NCBI RefSeq assembly: GCF_963921235.1
Contig: NC_086097.1
Coordinates: 1,426,001 to 1,490,000 of the forward strand
Reading direction: 5' to 3'
Length of the DNA: 64,000 nt
Origin: Mobula hypostoma
Taxonomy: Eukaryota
Position 1 is the stretch's first letter, and each line of letters opens with the position of its first letter. A model generated the notes under the pieces. It was not told where the DNA came from, searched no databases, and saw only the letters and a program-made list of their open reading frames with translations. Below, in pieces: positions 12,321 to 24,673 of the stretch. A program made the translations under genes and the position numbers.

Positions 12321-14679
12321 TAAAATCAATTCAATTCACTAGCAGTGTGCCAGAGGTCTGTGAGTGTCAGGGAGAAGGAGTGAGTGCCATTGCTATTACA
12401 AAGGAAAATGTGCTAGGCAAATTCAAAGGTGTTAAGGTGGATAAGTCACCAGGTGGACTGCATCAGAGTCCAGAAAGAGGTTGCTGAAGAGATCGCAGAT
12501 GCATTGGTCATGATCTTGGAATCTATTATTAAGAACGAGGTTTCAATGTACTTGGAGACAAATTATAAAATAAGTCAAAGTCAGCATAAAGGGACATCTC
12601 GCCTGACAAATCTGTAGAGTTCTTCAAGGAAGTAACAAGCAGGGTAACAAGAGAAGCAGTGGGTATCATTTACTTGGATTTTCAGAAGGCATTTGATAAG
12701 CTGCCACACGAGGCTGCTTAACAACAAAATCCTATGGAGTTACAGGAAAGATACTGACATGGATAGCGGGTAAAAGGGGAAAATAGGTGGAGGGGTAGGT
12801 AGTGCCTAGGAAGCAATGTGATTGCAAGGACTTAGACAAATTGGAAGAACGGGCCAAAATGTGGCAGAGGGAATACAGTGGTAGGAAATGTATGATAATG
12901 TATTTTGGTAAAAGGAAAAATAGTGTGGACGATTATCTAAATGGGGAGAAAGTTCAAATATCAGAGGTGCAGAGAGACTTGGGAGTCCTCGTGCAAGACT
13001 GCCAGAAGATTGAATTATAGGTTGAGTCTGTGGTAAAGAAGGCAAATGCATTCTTGGCATTTATTTCAAGGGAAATGGAATATAAAAGCAAGGAGATAAT
13101 GCTCAGCATTTTTTAGACACTAGTCAGGCCACACTTGGAGTATTGTCAAGTTTTGGGCATGACATCTCAGAAAGGATGTATTGCTATTGGAGAGGGTCCA
13201 AAGGCAGTTCACGATAATGATTCCAGGAATGAAGGGGTTAGCATATGAGGAGCATTTGGGTGCCTTGGGCCTGTACTCACTGGAATTTAGAAGAACGTGG
13301 AGGATCCCATTGAAACCTAGTGAATGTTGAAAGGACTAGATAGGGTGGATGTGGTGAGGATGTTTTCTGTGGTGGGGTATGCAGAACTAGAGGGCATAGC
13401 CTCAAAATTGAGGGGCGACCTTTTTTTAAAAAAAGGGTAAAGAGGATATTTTTTTAGCTAGAAAGTAGTAAATCTATGGAATACTCTGCCATAGACTGTG
13501 GTGGGGGCCAAGTTCATGCATATATTTAAGGCAGAAGTTGATCATTTCTTGATCGGTCAGGGCATCGAAGTACATGGCAAGAAGCCAGGTGTATGGGTTG
13601 AGTAGGATCCAAGATCAGCCATGACAGAGTGACAGCACAGACTCGATGGGCTGAATGGCCTAACTCTGCTCCTATGTCTGTGGTCCTACGTTCCAAGATA
13701 GAAAGGCCTGAAAGCAAACGCTACTAGGCTCAGTGACAGCTGCTATCACATTATACAACTACCGAGCAGTTTCCTTGTACAAGGACTCCACCTCAATCTA
13801 ACCCGTCAGCGGAGTGCACCCTATTCTCAGCCTGCACTGCGTTTCTCCATACACTTAACATTTCGTTCTGCACTATTGTTTGACTTTGTACTAGATCAAT
13901 GTAAAGTTGTAGTGAATTGCTCTGTATGAACAGTACGCATGCCATTTAAATTGTACCACAGTACGTGACCATAATATACCAATTTATCAATAGTCCAAAT
14001 CCCAACTGTTTGCCAAGTTCACATTTCATAGCCCCTTTCCTTCAATCACTCACAGAATCTAATATTAAACTTTGACTTGGGCCCCACTTAAGGTCTTTAC
14101 CTCCAGAAACAACCACTGTAAAACACGTTATTCTTAAAACGTAGAATAAGGAGATTTGGCTCTAACCTTCTCCCAAACTAATGTACTGCCATCACTCGCC
14201 AGCTTAGTTCACACAAGATAGCAGGTGGACGTGAAGCTGGAATGCTTGCCAGATTGCATGGTAAAACCAAAACATTCAGGGGGAAGAAAAAAAAATGAGA
14301 AAAACAAAATCTACACGTGGAATTACAGCTCTAATTGTTGCAACTTTACTCTGTACATATACTGTGGTGTAAATGTCAGGATGTCATGATTTTTTAAGTT
14401 GCCTGTAAACATTAATAGGGGTCATCCTGTCACTGGACTGGAACAGAATACTTTGAGTTAGGAAAGCACTCCACAAAGACATAAAACCATGCATCAGTAA
14501 TCAGAGTTGGACTTGTACCAGAGTTGCCTGTTCAAAAGTTATATTTTGGAGATTTGAAGATAAAGGGAAAGGGTTGAACACAATATCAACTCCTTATTCT
14601 TCATCCTTATTTTGACATCTCCTGTACTAACTTCCTTTCTAAAGGAATTCTATTGTTCCAATATTAATCTGAACACAAT

Positions 14680-16665
14680 ACTTGGGAGTATTTTGCTCAG
14701 TTCTGATCACCTCATTACAGGAAGGAGGTGGAAGTTATAGAGAGGATACAATTTACTAGAATGCACTGTGTCTTATGAGGACAGTTTGAGCAAGCTAGGA
14801 TTTCTCTTTAGAGGAAAGGAACGTCAGAGATGACTTGATAAGGGTGTACAAGATGATAGATAAGAGGCATTGATCAAAAAGACAGCTAGACATTTTCTCA
14901 GGGCTGAAAGGGGTATAATTTTAGTGATTAGAGGAAATTATGGGGTGGGGAGGGGGTCAGAGGTAGATTTTTTTTAATACACAGAGTTGTGGGTTAACCC
15001 CTTCATTCCCAGAATCAATTCATGGACCTTGCCTGGACCCTTCGTGTCATCTGAAAACATTGCAACAAAGCTATCAATGCAGGAAACATTACAGGAAAGA
15101 TTATAGCATGATTAAACCAGTGGCTGATTGGCAGGAGGCAAAAAGTGGGAATGAAAGGAGCCTTTTCTAGCTGGCTGCTAATGACTAGTGGTGTTCCACA
15201 GGGGTCTTTGAGGGGACCAATTCTTTTTGCATTATTGTCAATGATTTGGATGATGGAATTGGTAGTTTTGTTGCAATGTCTGCAGACAATATGAATATCG
15301 TGGAGGGGCAGGTCGTTTTTGAGGAAGTAGAAGGGCTACAGAAGAACTTAGACATATTAGGTGAATGAGCAAAGAAATGGCAGATGGAATACAGAGTCAG
15401 GAAGTGTATGATCATGCACATTGGTGGAGAAACGGGAGGTTGACTATTTTCTAAATGGAGAGGAAACTGAGGTGTAGAGACTTGGGAGTCCTTGTGCAGG
15501 ATCACCCAAAAGGTTAATTTGCAGGTTGAGCTTGTGGTGAGGAAGACAAATGTGATGTCAGTATTCACTACAAGAGGACTAGAATCCAAAAGCAAGGGTG
15601 TAATGTTGAAACTTCATAAGGCATTGGTGAGGCTTCACTTGAGACTACTGCATGCAGGTTTGGGCTATCTTGAAAGAATGTGCTGAAACTGGAGAGGGTT
15701 CAAAGGAGATTCATGAAAACGATTCCAGATGGAATGGTTGTCAAATGAAGAGCATTTGCTGGTTCTGGGCCTGTATTCACTGAATGCAGAAGAATGAGGG
15801 GTTACCTCATTGACACCTATCGAATGGTGAAAGGACTTGATAGTGTGGATGTGGAGAGGAAGTTTCCTATCGTGGGGGAAGTCTAAGATCTGAGGACACA
15901 GCCTCAGAAAAGAGATGACGAATTTCTTTAGCCAGAGAATGGTGAAGCTGTGGAATTCTTTGCCACAGGCAGCTGTAGGGGCCAAGACTTTATATTTAAG
16001 ACAGAGGTTGAGAGATTCATGATTGATCAGGGCATGATGGGATTTGGGGAGAAGCCAGGAGATTGAGGCCAAGTAGAAAATTGGATCAGCCATGATGAAA
16101 TGACAGAGGAAACTTGTTGGGCCAAATGGATAATTCTGCTCCTATATCCTATGGTCTTAATACCATCACCCAAACCATTGGCATATAATGTAAAAAGGAA
16201 TCGGTCCCAACACAGACCCCTGTGAACACCATTAATCACTGGCAGCCAACCAGAAAAGGCTTCTTTTATTCCCACTCTTTGCTCCTGCCAATCAGCCTCT
16301 GCTTTATCCATACTAGAATCTTTCCTGTAGTACCACAGGCTCGTAGCTTGTTAAGCAGTCTCATGTGTCGCAACTTATCAAAGGCCTTCTGAAAATCACA
16401 ATATCAACCGATTCTCCTTTGCCTGTACATGCTTGTCATTTCTTCAAAGCATTCCAGCAGATTTGTCAGGCAAGATTTTCCCTTGAGGAAACCATGCTGA
16501 CTACGGCCAATTTTATCATCTGCCTCCAAGATCTTCCCAACCACTGAGGTCAGACTAACTGGCCCATAATTTTCTTTCTCTCTCCTCTCTCTCCGAGACA
16601 CAAGACCATAAGACAGGAGGAGAATTAGGCCATTCAGCCCATTGAGTTCACGCCACCATTTCATA
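14680..16665. mobile_element. Cluster of CR1 fragments (+ 14680-15000, + 15085-16160, - 16160-16665)
   Basis: RT motifs (GVPQG, QHGFLKGKSCLTNLL) and 3' tails in both orientations. Confidence 0.8.
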
Positions 16666-16667
16666 AT

Positions 16668-16937
16668 GAGGAGCAACACCTCATATACCGTCTAGGTAGT
16701 CTCCAGCCCCTTGGTATGAACACTGAATTCTCCAACTTCCGGTAATTCTTTCCCCCTCCCTTCCCCTATCCCTATGTCACTCTGCCCCCTCCCCCAGCTG
16801 CCTATCACCTCCGTCATGGTTCCGCCTCCTTCTACTACCCATTGTGTTTTCCCCTATTCCTTTTTCACCTTTCCTGCCTATCAGCTCCCTGCTTCCCCTC
16901 CCTCACCCCTTTATCTTTCCCCTTACTGGCTTTTCAT
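16668..16937 (+). mobile_element. Penelope GIY-YIG C-terminal fragment plus C-rich 3' UTR
   Basis: EEQHLIYRLGSLQPLGMNTEFSNFR*. Confidence 0.8.
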
Positions 16938-16939
16938 CT

Positions 16940-17520
16940 TATGCCTTGGTAGCTTTATATCACAAAACGCGAGAAGTAAAGTAGAAATAAAAAGAAGAAT
17001 TACCATTGCCAAAACCAACTTCCAAAAAATGAAACCCATTTTTACCAACAGACACATTTTTATGACAACAAGTCTTAGGCTACTAAAATGTTACATCCGG
17101 TCAATCTTGCTGTATGTTTCCGAAACATGGACTACAACACCAGAACTACAAAGAAACTTAGAAGCAACAGAAATGTGGTTTCTTAGAAGAATGCTGAAAA
17201 TATCATATACAGACAGGGTAACTAATGAGACAGTACTCCAACGTGCCCATACAAAAAGATCTTTAATGAGAACATTAAATGAGAGGAAACTTAAATTCCT
17301 GGGCCACGTCATCAAAAAGGGAGAAATAGAATGCCTTACGTTACAAGGCCGTATGCCTGTGAAACGCGGAAGAGGAAGGCAAAGAAGAAAATATATGGAC
17401 ACTGTGAAAGAACTAACAGATCTAGGTGTGCGAGATATCACTGACGCGGCGTGGGATCGTTCAATGTGGAAAGCCATGATCACCCAAGCATGTAACGTGC
17501 AAGGCACATGAAGAAGACGA
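16940..17520 (+). mobile_element. RTE-clade LINE 3' end with open reading frame
   Basis: LGSFIS..EIKRRI..ILLYVSETWT..EMWFLRRMLKISYTDRVTNETVL..FLGHV..GRMPVKRGRGRQR..DRSMW; GAA tail. Confidence 0.9.
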
Positions 17521-18269
17521 CTGTGGCCTAGCATTCACCAGGAGCATTTGTGGTAATGTTACAATGTGAAACCTACCTCTCACCATCAATGACTGTCACA
17601 TGGCTTGCAGCAACAATTTCCATTGCTTCTTAATAGCCTTTAAATAGTTTGTGATTTTGCAAGAGGCCTCAACACAGAAAATGGCAATTAGCAGGTTTCA
17701 AATGTCAGCCACACAGCAATTTAGAAATAGTTGACAGGGTAGTGTTGTGACAAAGCAGATTAAAGGTTAAAAAAAATCAAGTTATTGGTGAGTTATTCAG
17801 CTCAAACATGGATGGTGAGACTTTACAAACAAGTTTCCCAATTACAAAAAGGTGTTGCTTCAGATGTTCCAGAAACTACATTTCAAAGACACCCTTATCA
17901 CAGTATTCCAACTCAGCTACGCCAAACCTCATCTGTAACGGTGATGTAGAAAAGCTGTTGCCCCACTCACCCCTCCTCAACTAAACCTGCGAAAAAGAAA
18001 GAAAACAACGTCTATCGTCACCAGAAACCAATGTGATTCTCAGCATTTGGACAGCAAGGAGATCAAACAAAGCCCGAGCTGCGACGCTGCCAATGACAGA
18101 GGAGCTGCTGCCTCACACTCTAACAGTCCTAGTTCAGTGCTGTCCTCAGATGCTGACATGTTTATAGGTTATCACTGTACCTGTGAAGGTTCCACTCACA
18201 TACCAAATATTTGCTGCTGCAAATTGATCCCAAACAGACAAATGTAATGATAGAACACAGAACCAACGT

Positions 18270-18700
18270 CCTCTGCCGGGTGAATGTTGTCAGTACTGAG
18301 GCTGACCGACCCTACATCCAGTCAGCCACGCTGCCTCAGTCCTGAGACAGATATTGTTCTGTCACAGGGAGAGATTACCAGGCAAGAGCAAAAGATTCAA
18401 AGATAGAATTGAAGCTTCCTTGAAGAAATGCAACATTCCCACTGACTCCTGGGAACCTCTCACTAATGACCGAAGTGGAAGGGTAGCAACGAGAATGTTA
18501 AGTATCAGGAGTACACTGAAACCCCTTGTAAAAAGAAAAAGAAACATGTGATCTTAAACTACCGATTCAGCAACAACTGCCTAACTGTGAAAGAATTGGT
18601 AGTTCCCACATTGGCTTCATCAGCCACATCAGAACCTACATATTAAGAGTGGAACTGAGTTATCTACAATTTTGAAGAAATGCTAAAGAAGAAGGAAGAG
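18270..18700 (+). mobile_element. Decayed RTE (BovB-like) 3' end
   Basis: KRFKDRIEASLKKCNIPTDSWEPLTNDRS, a remnant zinc finger (HIGFISHIRT) and a GAA tail. Confidence 0.7.
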
Positions 18701-19099
18701 TTAACTGTAGACTTTATTGCAGAGAGTAGGAAAGGACAGGATTATTTAAGGACAACATGTAGATTGGGTTTGAGACAATTGCTTAGCCATTGAAGCTAGC
18801 GCCAAATTCATCTGACTGCCTTGTAATCTTCATTGTTTCAGGACTGACAACCTTGAATAATATTTTATGCCATTTATCAGAAAGGAGATGGTCAGATAAA
18901 GGAATATTAATACAGTACTTACGACAAAGTCAAAAGGAGTTTTGTCCTTGTGCTAGAACTTGTTTAAGTCTCACAATATTATGCAAGTTTTTAATCACAC
19001 ACCATGTGAGACAATCTTGTTTTTTTAAAGAAGGGTATAGAGATCAAATGCAAGGTTAACTGCAAATAAAAGCAAGCTATCAAGGTAGTAAATTATCAA

Positions 19100-21411
19100 A
19101 GAAAGTGTGGAGAACCTTCACAAGCATTCACACAGATCAGTGAAAGTAACAGGACAAGTGGATAAGAGGCAAGGAGTCTAATGGGATAGTTGCTTTTAAC
19201 AATCAAAGCAGAGTACTTTAGCACAGGCTGGTATAATACATTGTACGGGTGCGATAGCAGATGTGCTCCCATTACTGGAAATGTCCAACTAGAGTGCAGT
19301 AAAAGTTAACGGGGATGTTGCCAGGGCTAGATGGCCTGGTTAGAGGGAGAGGATGACCAGGCTAGGTCCTTATTCCTTGGAACAGAAAAGAACGAGGGGT
19401 GATCTTATAGGAATGTTTAAAATTACAGAGGCGGACATAAAAGACTAGTCTTTTTCCCAGTATCAAATACTTGGGGCATATGCTTAAAGTGAAAGGAAAG
19501 ATTTTAAAAGGAATTTTTAGCAAGTTTTCTTTTTGTACAAAGAGTTGTGGGTGCACAAACACATTGTTAGGAGAGGTGGTAGAATCACAGACAAAAGCAA
19601 AAGTAGCATTTAAATGGACTGAAAATTGGCAGATGGTATCCAATCCAGTTGGCATTAATGAGGCTTGGATATATTCCATGAATGGAGAATACTTCTTGTT
19701 AGTAGTGAAGAGGGACTTTGGCGTACAAGTCCAAAGATGTTGAAGGTGGTAGCACAGGTAGGTAACCTGGGATATTGGCTATCATTAGTCATGGCTTTCA
19801 ATACAAGGGTACAAAGAGAGAATATGCAGAGAGAAGTTTAAACTAAGGTTACAGCGGGATGGGAACCAGAGCATCAGAACAAATTAATGTGGAGAAAAAG
19901 GTCGTTAAGCCTGCATACGAAGTTGGTGCATGGTGCAACCAATGTTCTGTACTGTGTATATTACAATGCAAGGAGAGGCAGCTGAGATTAGGGCATGGAT
20001 CAGCAGGTAGAATTACAACATTCTGGCCAATAGTGACACTTGATTGCAAGACTGACAGCTCAATGATCTGGGGTTCTGTTGTTTTAGACGTGATAAGAGT
20101 GGGAGGGATAAAAGGGGGAGGGTGATTTTACCAGTCAGGGAAAATGTCACGATGTGTTCAGTCAGAACAGACTGGAGAGCTGATCTATAAAACTATAATA
20201 TCATTAGACATAGGAACAGACTTGGGCCATTCAACACATCGAGTTTACTCCGCCATTCCGTCATGATTGATCCTGGATCACACTCAATGTCATAACCTGC
20301 ATTCTCGCCACATCCTCTGATGCCCTGACCAACCAGGAAATGATCAACTTCCGCCTCATGGACTTGGCCTCCACCACAGTCTGCGGCTACTCTCTCCCTA
20401 CCTCTGTTCTAAAAGGTCACCCCTCAATTTTCAGGCTGTGCCCTCTAGTTCTGGACACCCCACCATAGGAAACATCCTCTCCACATCTACCCTACCTAGT
20501 CCTTTCAACATTTAGTAGGTTTCAGTGAGATACCCTCCCCCATGCGCCATTCCCCGCATTCTTCTAAATTCCAGTGAGTACAGGCCCAAAGCTGCCAAAC
20601 ACTCCTCATATGTTGACCTCTTCATTCCTGGAATCATCCTTGTGAACCTCCTCTGGACTCTCTCCAACGACAACACATCCTTTCTGAGATATGGGGCCCA
20701 AAACTGTTGGCAATAGTCTAGTGAGGCTTTATGGGTAGAACTGAGGAATAAGAAAGGTATGACCACATGAATGGGATTACAATATACACCATCCAACAGT
20801 CCATAGGATTGAGGAGCAAATTTGTAGAGATCACAGACTGTTGCAAGAAACACAAGGTTGCGACAGTGGATGAATTTAACTTTGCACATATTGACTGGGT
20901 CTCCCATACTGTAAAAGGGTTGGATGGGAAAGAGTTTGTCAAATGTGTTCAGGCAAGGATCCTTGATCAGTACATAAAAGTCCCAACTAGAGAGACTGTG
21001 ATACTAGATTAGGGAATGAGACAGGGCAGATGACAGAAGATTGTGCAGGAGATCACTTTGCATCTAACCATCATAATGCCTTTAGTTTCAAGGTAATGAT
21101 AGAAAAGAATACCTCTGGCCCTCTGGTTGAGATTCCAAATTGGAGAAAAGTCAATTTTGATTACATCAGAAAGCATCTGGCAGTGGATTGGGACAGGTTG
21201 TTTTCTGGCAAAGGTGTACTTGGTAAGTGGGGGGAGGGCCTTCAAAAGTAAAATTTTGAGAGTACAAGGCTTGTATGTGTCTGTCAGAATAAAAGGCAAG
21301 AAGAGCAGGTTAAGGGAAACTTGGTTTTCAAGAGATATTGAGGCTCTGGTTAAGAAAAAGGTGCACAGCAGGTATAGGTAGGCAGGAACAAATGAGGTAC
21401 TTGAACATAAT
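19100..21411. mobile_element. Old CR1 fragments (+) with a minus-strand CR1 3' piece at ~20200-20720
   Basis: Endonuclease motifs (WVELRNKKG, FNFAHIDW); minus strand QQFWAPYLRKDVLSLERVQRRFTRMIPG. Confidence 0.75.
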
Positions 21412-22775
21412 TATAACACACTGGGAAAGGTCTCTCTGCAGGAGCGGTGTTTGGGTTATGGTTACAGATAACGGGTGCTTTGGGATGTGAGCTGGGTCCT
21501 TTGTTCAGCAGGAGATGAAGAGGGAAGACGCTAGAGAGCACCAGTTGTAGGATTCAACCTGGTGGGGGACTGTGATTCTCTGGAGCCATGTGCCAAGATT
21601 GACTGAGGATGCGTGACCATGAATTTTGGGAAGAGTTGAGCTCCAACTTGTGCACATTTGACTGATGAATATATTGGGCCCTTCTGTTTTTTTCTTCCTT
21701 TTCTTTACTAACCCCTTAGTTAAGATTCATAAACATAATTCCTTTATTCATATGCAGTGTGCTGTCTGTTGTTTCTTGTCACTGAGGTGTAACAATTACA
21801 GAGCATCCACACAGACCGGGGTGGGAGAGTGGTCTCAGTCTCATGGGTTTGGCAGGATCGGATGATATTCCTTAGACTTGTGCAGCCAAGAAACCAGCGA
21901 GGTTTTATATGTGGGAGTATCGTCCCAGATCAATATTACTGGATGCTATATGATTGCCCCGAGCATTGATCCAGCGGGTTGTGTGTTTAAGCTTGTGTTA
22001 ATCTATTGTCCAGTAAAATGATTAAGATACGTGGTTATGGATGCTGCAGAGGTCGAGTGGTGGTGCGAATCCATGGGGTTACCAGTAATGAATATGTGTA
22101 TTGAGTAGCTGAGATATTCGTATCATCGACAAATTAATAACTTGGACTTCAAGTATCATTAAAGCATTAGGAAAAGTGATAATCATGGCGTGGAGGTTTG
22201 ATAAAATGGTGGGCAAAGACTTTGTTTTAGTTCAGACTGGCGCTGACGTAACGGCAGTGGAAATGCCTGGTATTATTGGGGCCCGGGGGGGGTGGGTGCT
22301 GTGGGCTGTCCATGCTTCGCGGGAGGAGGGGAGTGTACGTGAAGATGTTGAATAGGAAACAGAGTTTCCCATAGCTGCGGGCTGAGACTTTGAAGACAAA
22401 TTGCTCGTTTCTGTGGAAGGAATGGAAGGTCTGAAGAGTCCTCCAGCAAGGGATGAGCATTCTGAACTGGTATCAGCCCTTACCTCCCAGGCAAATAAAT
22501 GGTCACAGGTGGAGAGTCCTAGTTATCGTAGGCTCAGCACGTTCTCAGGAATAACACCCATCCCCACCCCAAGGGGAAGGAGGAGGAGGAGGAGTATGAG
22601 ACTCGGGCGGAGCAGACCTCAGTCACTGTATGAATGGCAGTGCTTTGATGACATAAAAAGACACCGACTGGTAGAGAGTTTAAGGGAGCTGGCTGCTAAC
22701 GTAGTGAGAGCATTAAAGACACAGAACCCCTTTGCTACTTCTGTGGGCTATCTGCAAGCACTAGAAGATGTTTTT

Positions 22776-23081
22776 AACCATATAACAATTACAGCACGGA
22801 AACAGGCCACCTTGGCCCTTCTAGTCCATGCTGAACTCTTACCCTCACCTAGTCCCACCGACCTGCACTCAGCCCATATCCCTCCATTCCTTTCCTGTCC
22901 ATATAGCTATCTAGTTTAACTTTAAACGACAACATCGAACCTACCTCAACCACTTCTGCTGGAAGCTCATTCCACACAGCTACCACTCTCTGAGTAAAGA
23001 AGTTCCCCCTCATGTTACCCCAAAACTTTTGTCCTTTAACTCTCAAATCATGTCCTCTTGTTCGAATCTCCCCCACTCTCA
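22776..23081 (-). mobile_element. CR1 3' end inserted in Gypsy gag
   Basis: TRGHDLRVKGQKF..FFTQRVVAVWNELP; 8-bp TSD ATGTTTTT at 22768-22775 and 23082-23089. Confidence 0.9.
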
Positions 23082-23694
23082 ATGTTTTTGATGTGGTGGG
23101 AAGCCCAATGCAGCTTATGACGGGGTTTTGGAACATGCCTCAGGAGAAGGGCAGAAACTTCCCACCTACATTTTTCGGCTAGAGCCGGCTGAATTGCTTG
23201 CGGTGTAAGGGGGCCATTCAAACAGCTCAGGCCATAAAGTTAAAAATGGACCAAGTGGAGAAAGGTGCACAGTCACAGTTCATGATTGCCTGGGGTCTCC
23301 AAATGTCACGTAAGATGCATCTCCTTCCCTTGTTTGTCCAGCTGATTAGAGAAATAAGAGAGGAGGAGGACGCAACAGAGGTGCGGGAGGCCTCCGTCCG
23401 TCCTCAGTGGTTGGCCTCTTGACTGAGGTGACCACTGATAGCTCACCCCAGGGAGTGGTAAAGGAGCTTGTGGCAGTGTTTAGAACTGAGATGTCCTGGT
23501 TGTTATCGTCAGGTATGGCCACCTCACACGCCAAAGCCAACAGGGAGTCGGACCCCTAAGGGGATGGACTAAGCAGTGGGCTACTAGTGAATGGGGTCCC
23601 ATGAGAAAGGGAGCAACTGATATTATCTGTTATAACCATGGTGACGAGGGACACTTCAGACGGGAGTGTGAAGGACTGGAAAGGCCTCAGAGGG

Positions 23695-24673
23695 TGAGCC
23701 CCCAAGTACCCAAGTGGAGAGGCCCAGTGAGGCCCCAGGTACACAAGCGGAGAGACCCAGTGAGGCCCCAGGTACACAAGTGGAGAGACCCAGTGAGGCC
23801 CCAGGTACACAAGTGGAGAGGCCCAGTGAGGCCCCAGGTACCCAAGTGGAGAGGCCCAGTGAACCCCAGGTACCCAAGTGGAGAGGCCCAGTGAGGCCCC
23901 AGGTACCCAAGTGGAGAGGCCCAGTGAGGCCCCAGGTACACAAGTGGAGAGACCCAGTGAGGCCCCAGGTACACAAGTGGAGAGACCCAGTGAGGGCCCA
24001 GGTACCCAAGTGGAGAGACCCAGTGAGGCCCTAGGTACACAAGTGGAGAGACCCAGTGAGGCCCTAGGTACACAAGTGGAGAGGCCCAGTGAGGCCCAGG
24101 TACACAAGTGGAGAGGCCCAGTGAGGCCCCAGGTACACAAGTGGAGAGGCCCAGTGAGCCCCCAGATACACAAGTGGAGAGGCCCAGTGAGGCCCCAGGT
24201 ACCCAAGTGGAGAGACCCAGTGAGCCCCAGGTATCCAAGTGGAGAGACCCAGTGAGCCCCAGGTATCCAAGTGGAGAGACCCAGTGAGCCCCCAGGTACC
24301 CAAGTGGAGAGGCCCAGTGAGCCCCAGGTATCCAAGTGGAGAGGCCCAGTGAGGCCCCAGGTACACAAGCGGAGAGACCCAGTGAACCCCTGGTACACAA
24401 GTGGAGAGGCCCAGTGAGGCCCCAGGTACACAAGTGGAGAGGCCCAGTGAGCCCCCAGATACCCAAGTGGAGAGACCCAGTGAGGCCCCAGGTACACAAG
24501 TGGAGAGGCCCAGTGAGCCCCAGGTATCCAAGTGGAGAGACCCAGTGAGCCCCAGGTATCCAAGTGGAGAGACCCAGTGAGCCCCCAGGTACCCAAGTGG
24601 AGAGGCCCAGTGAGCCCCAGGTACCCAAGTGGAGAGACCCAGTGAGGCCCCAGGTATCCAAGTGGAGAGACCC
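23695..24673. repeat. 32/33-bp minisatellite (~30 units) at the Gypsy gag-pro junction
   Basis: Unit CCCCAGGTACACAAGTGGAGAGGCCCAGTGAGG and variants. Confidence 0.97.

Larger units (their letters stand above)
9890..13690 (+). mobile_element. Decayed CR1 (endonuclease 9890-10681; RT and 3' end 12340-13690), split by two Rex1 insertions
   Basis: WVELRNCKGK..IYRPPN..GSFNM endonuclease motifs; RT remnants and 3' tail after 12340. Confidence 0.85.

Noticed and set aside
13990..14680. Non-repeat intronic stretch as FLVCR2 exon 2 or an enhancer
   Set aside because: No LGIAIGF-like coding found by eye, and conservation cannot be judged from this sequence alone.
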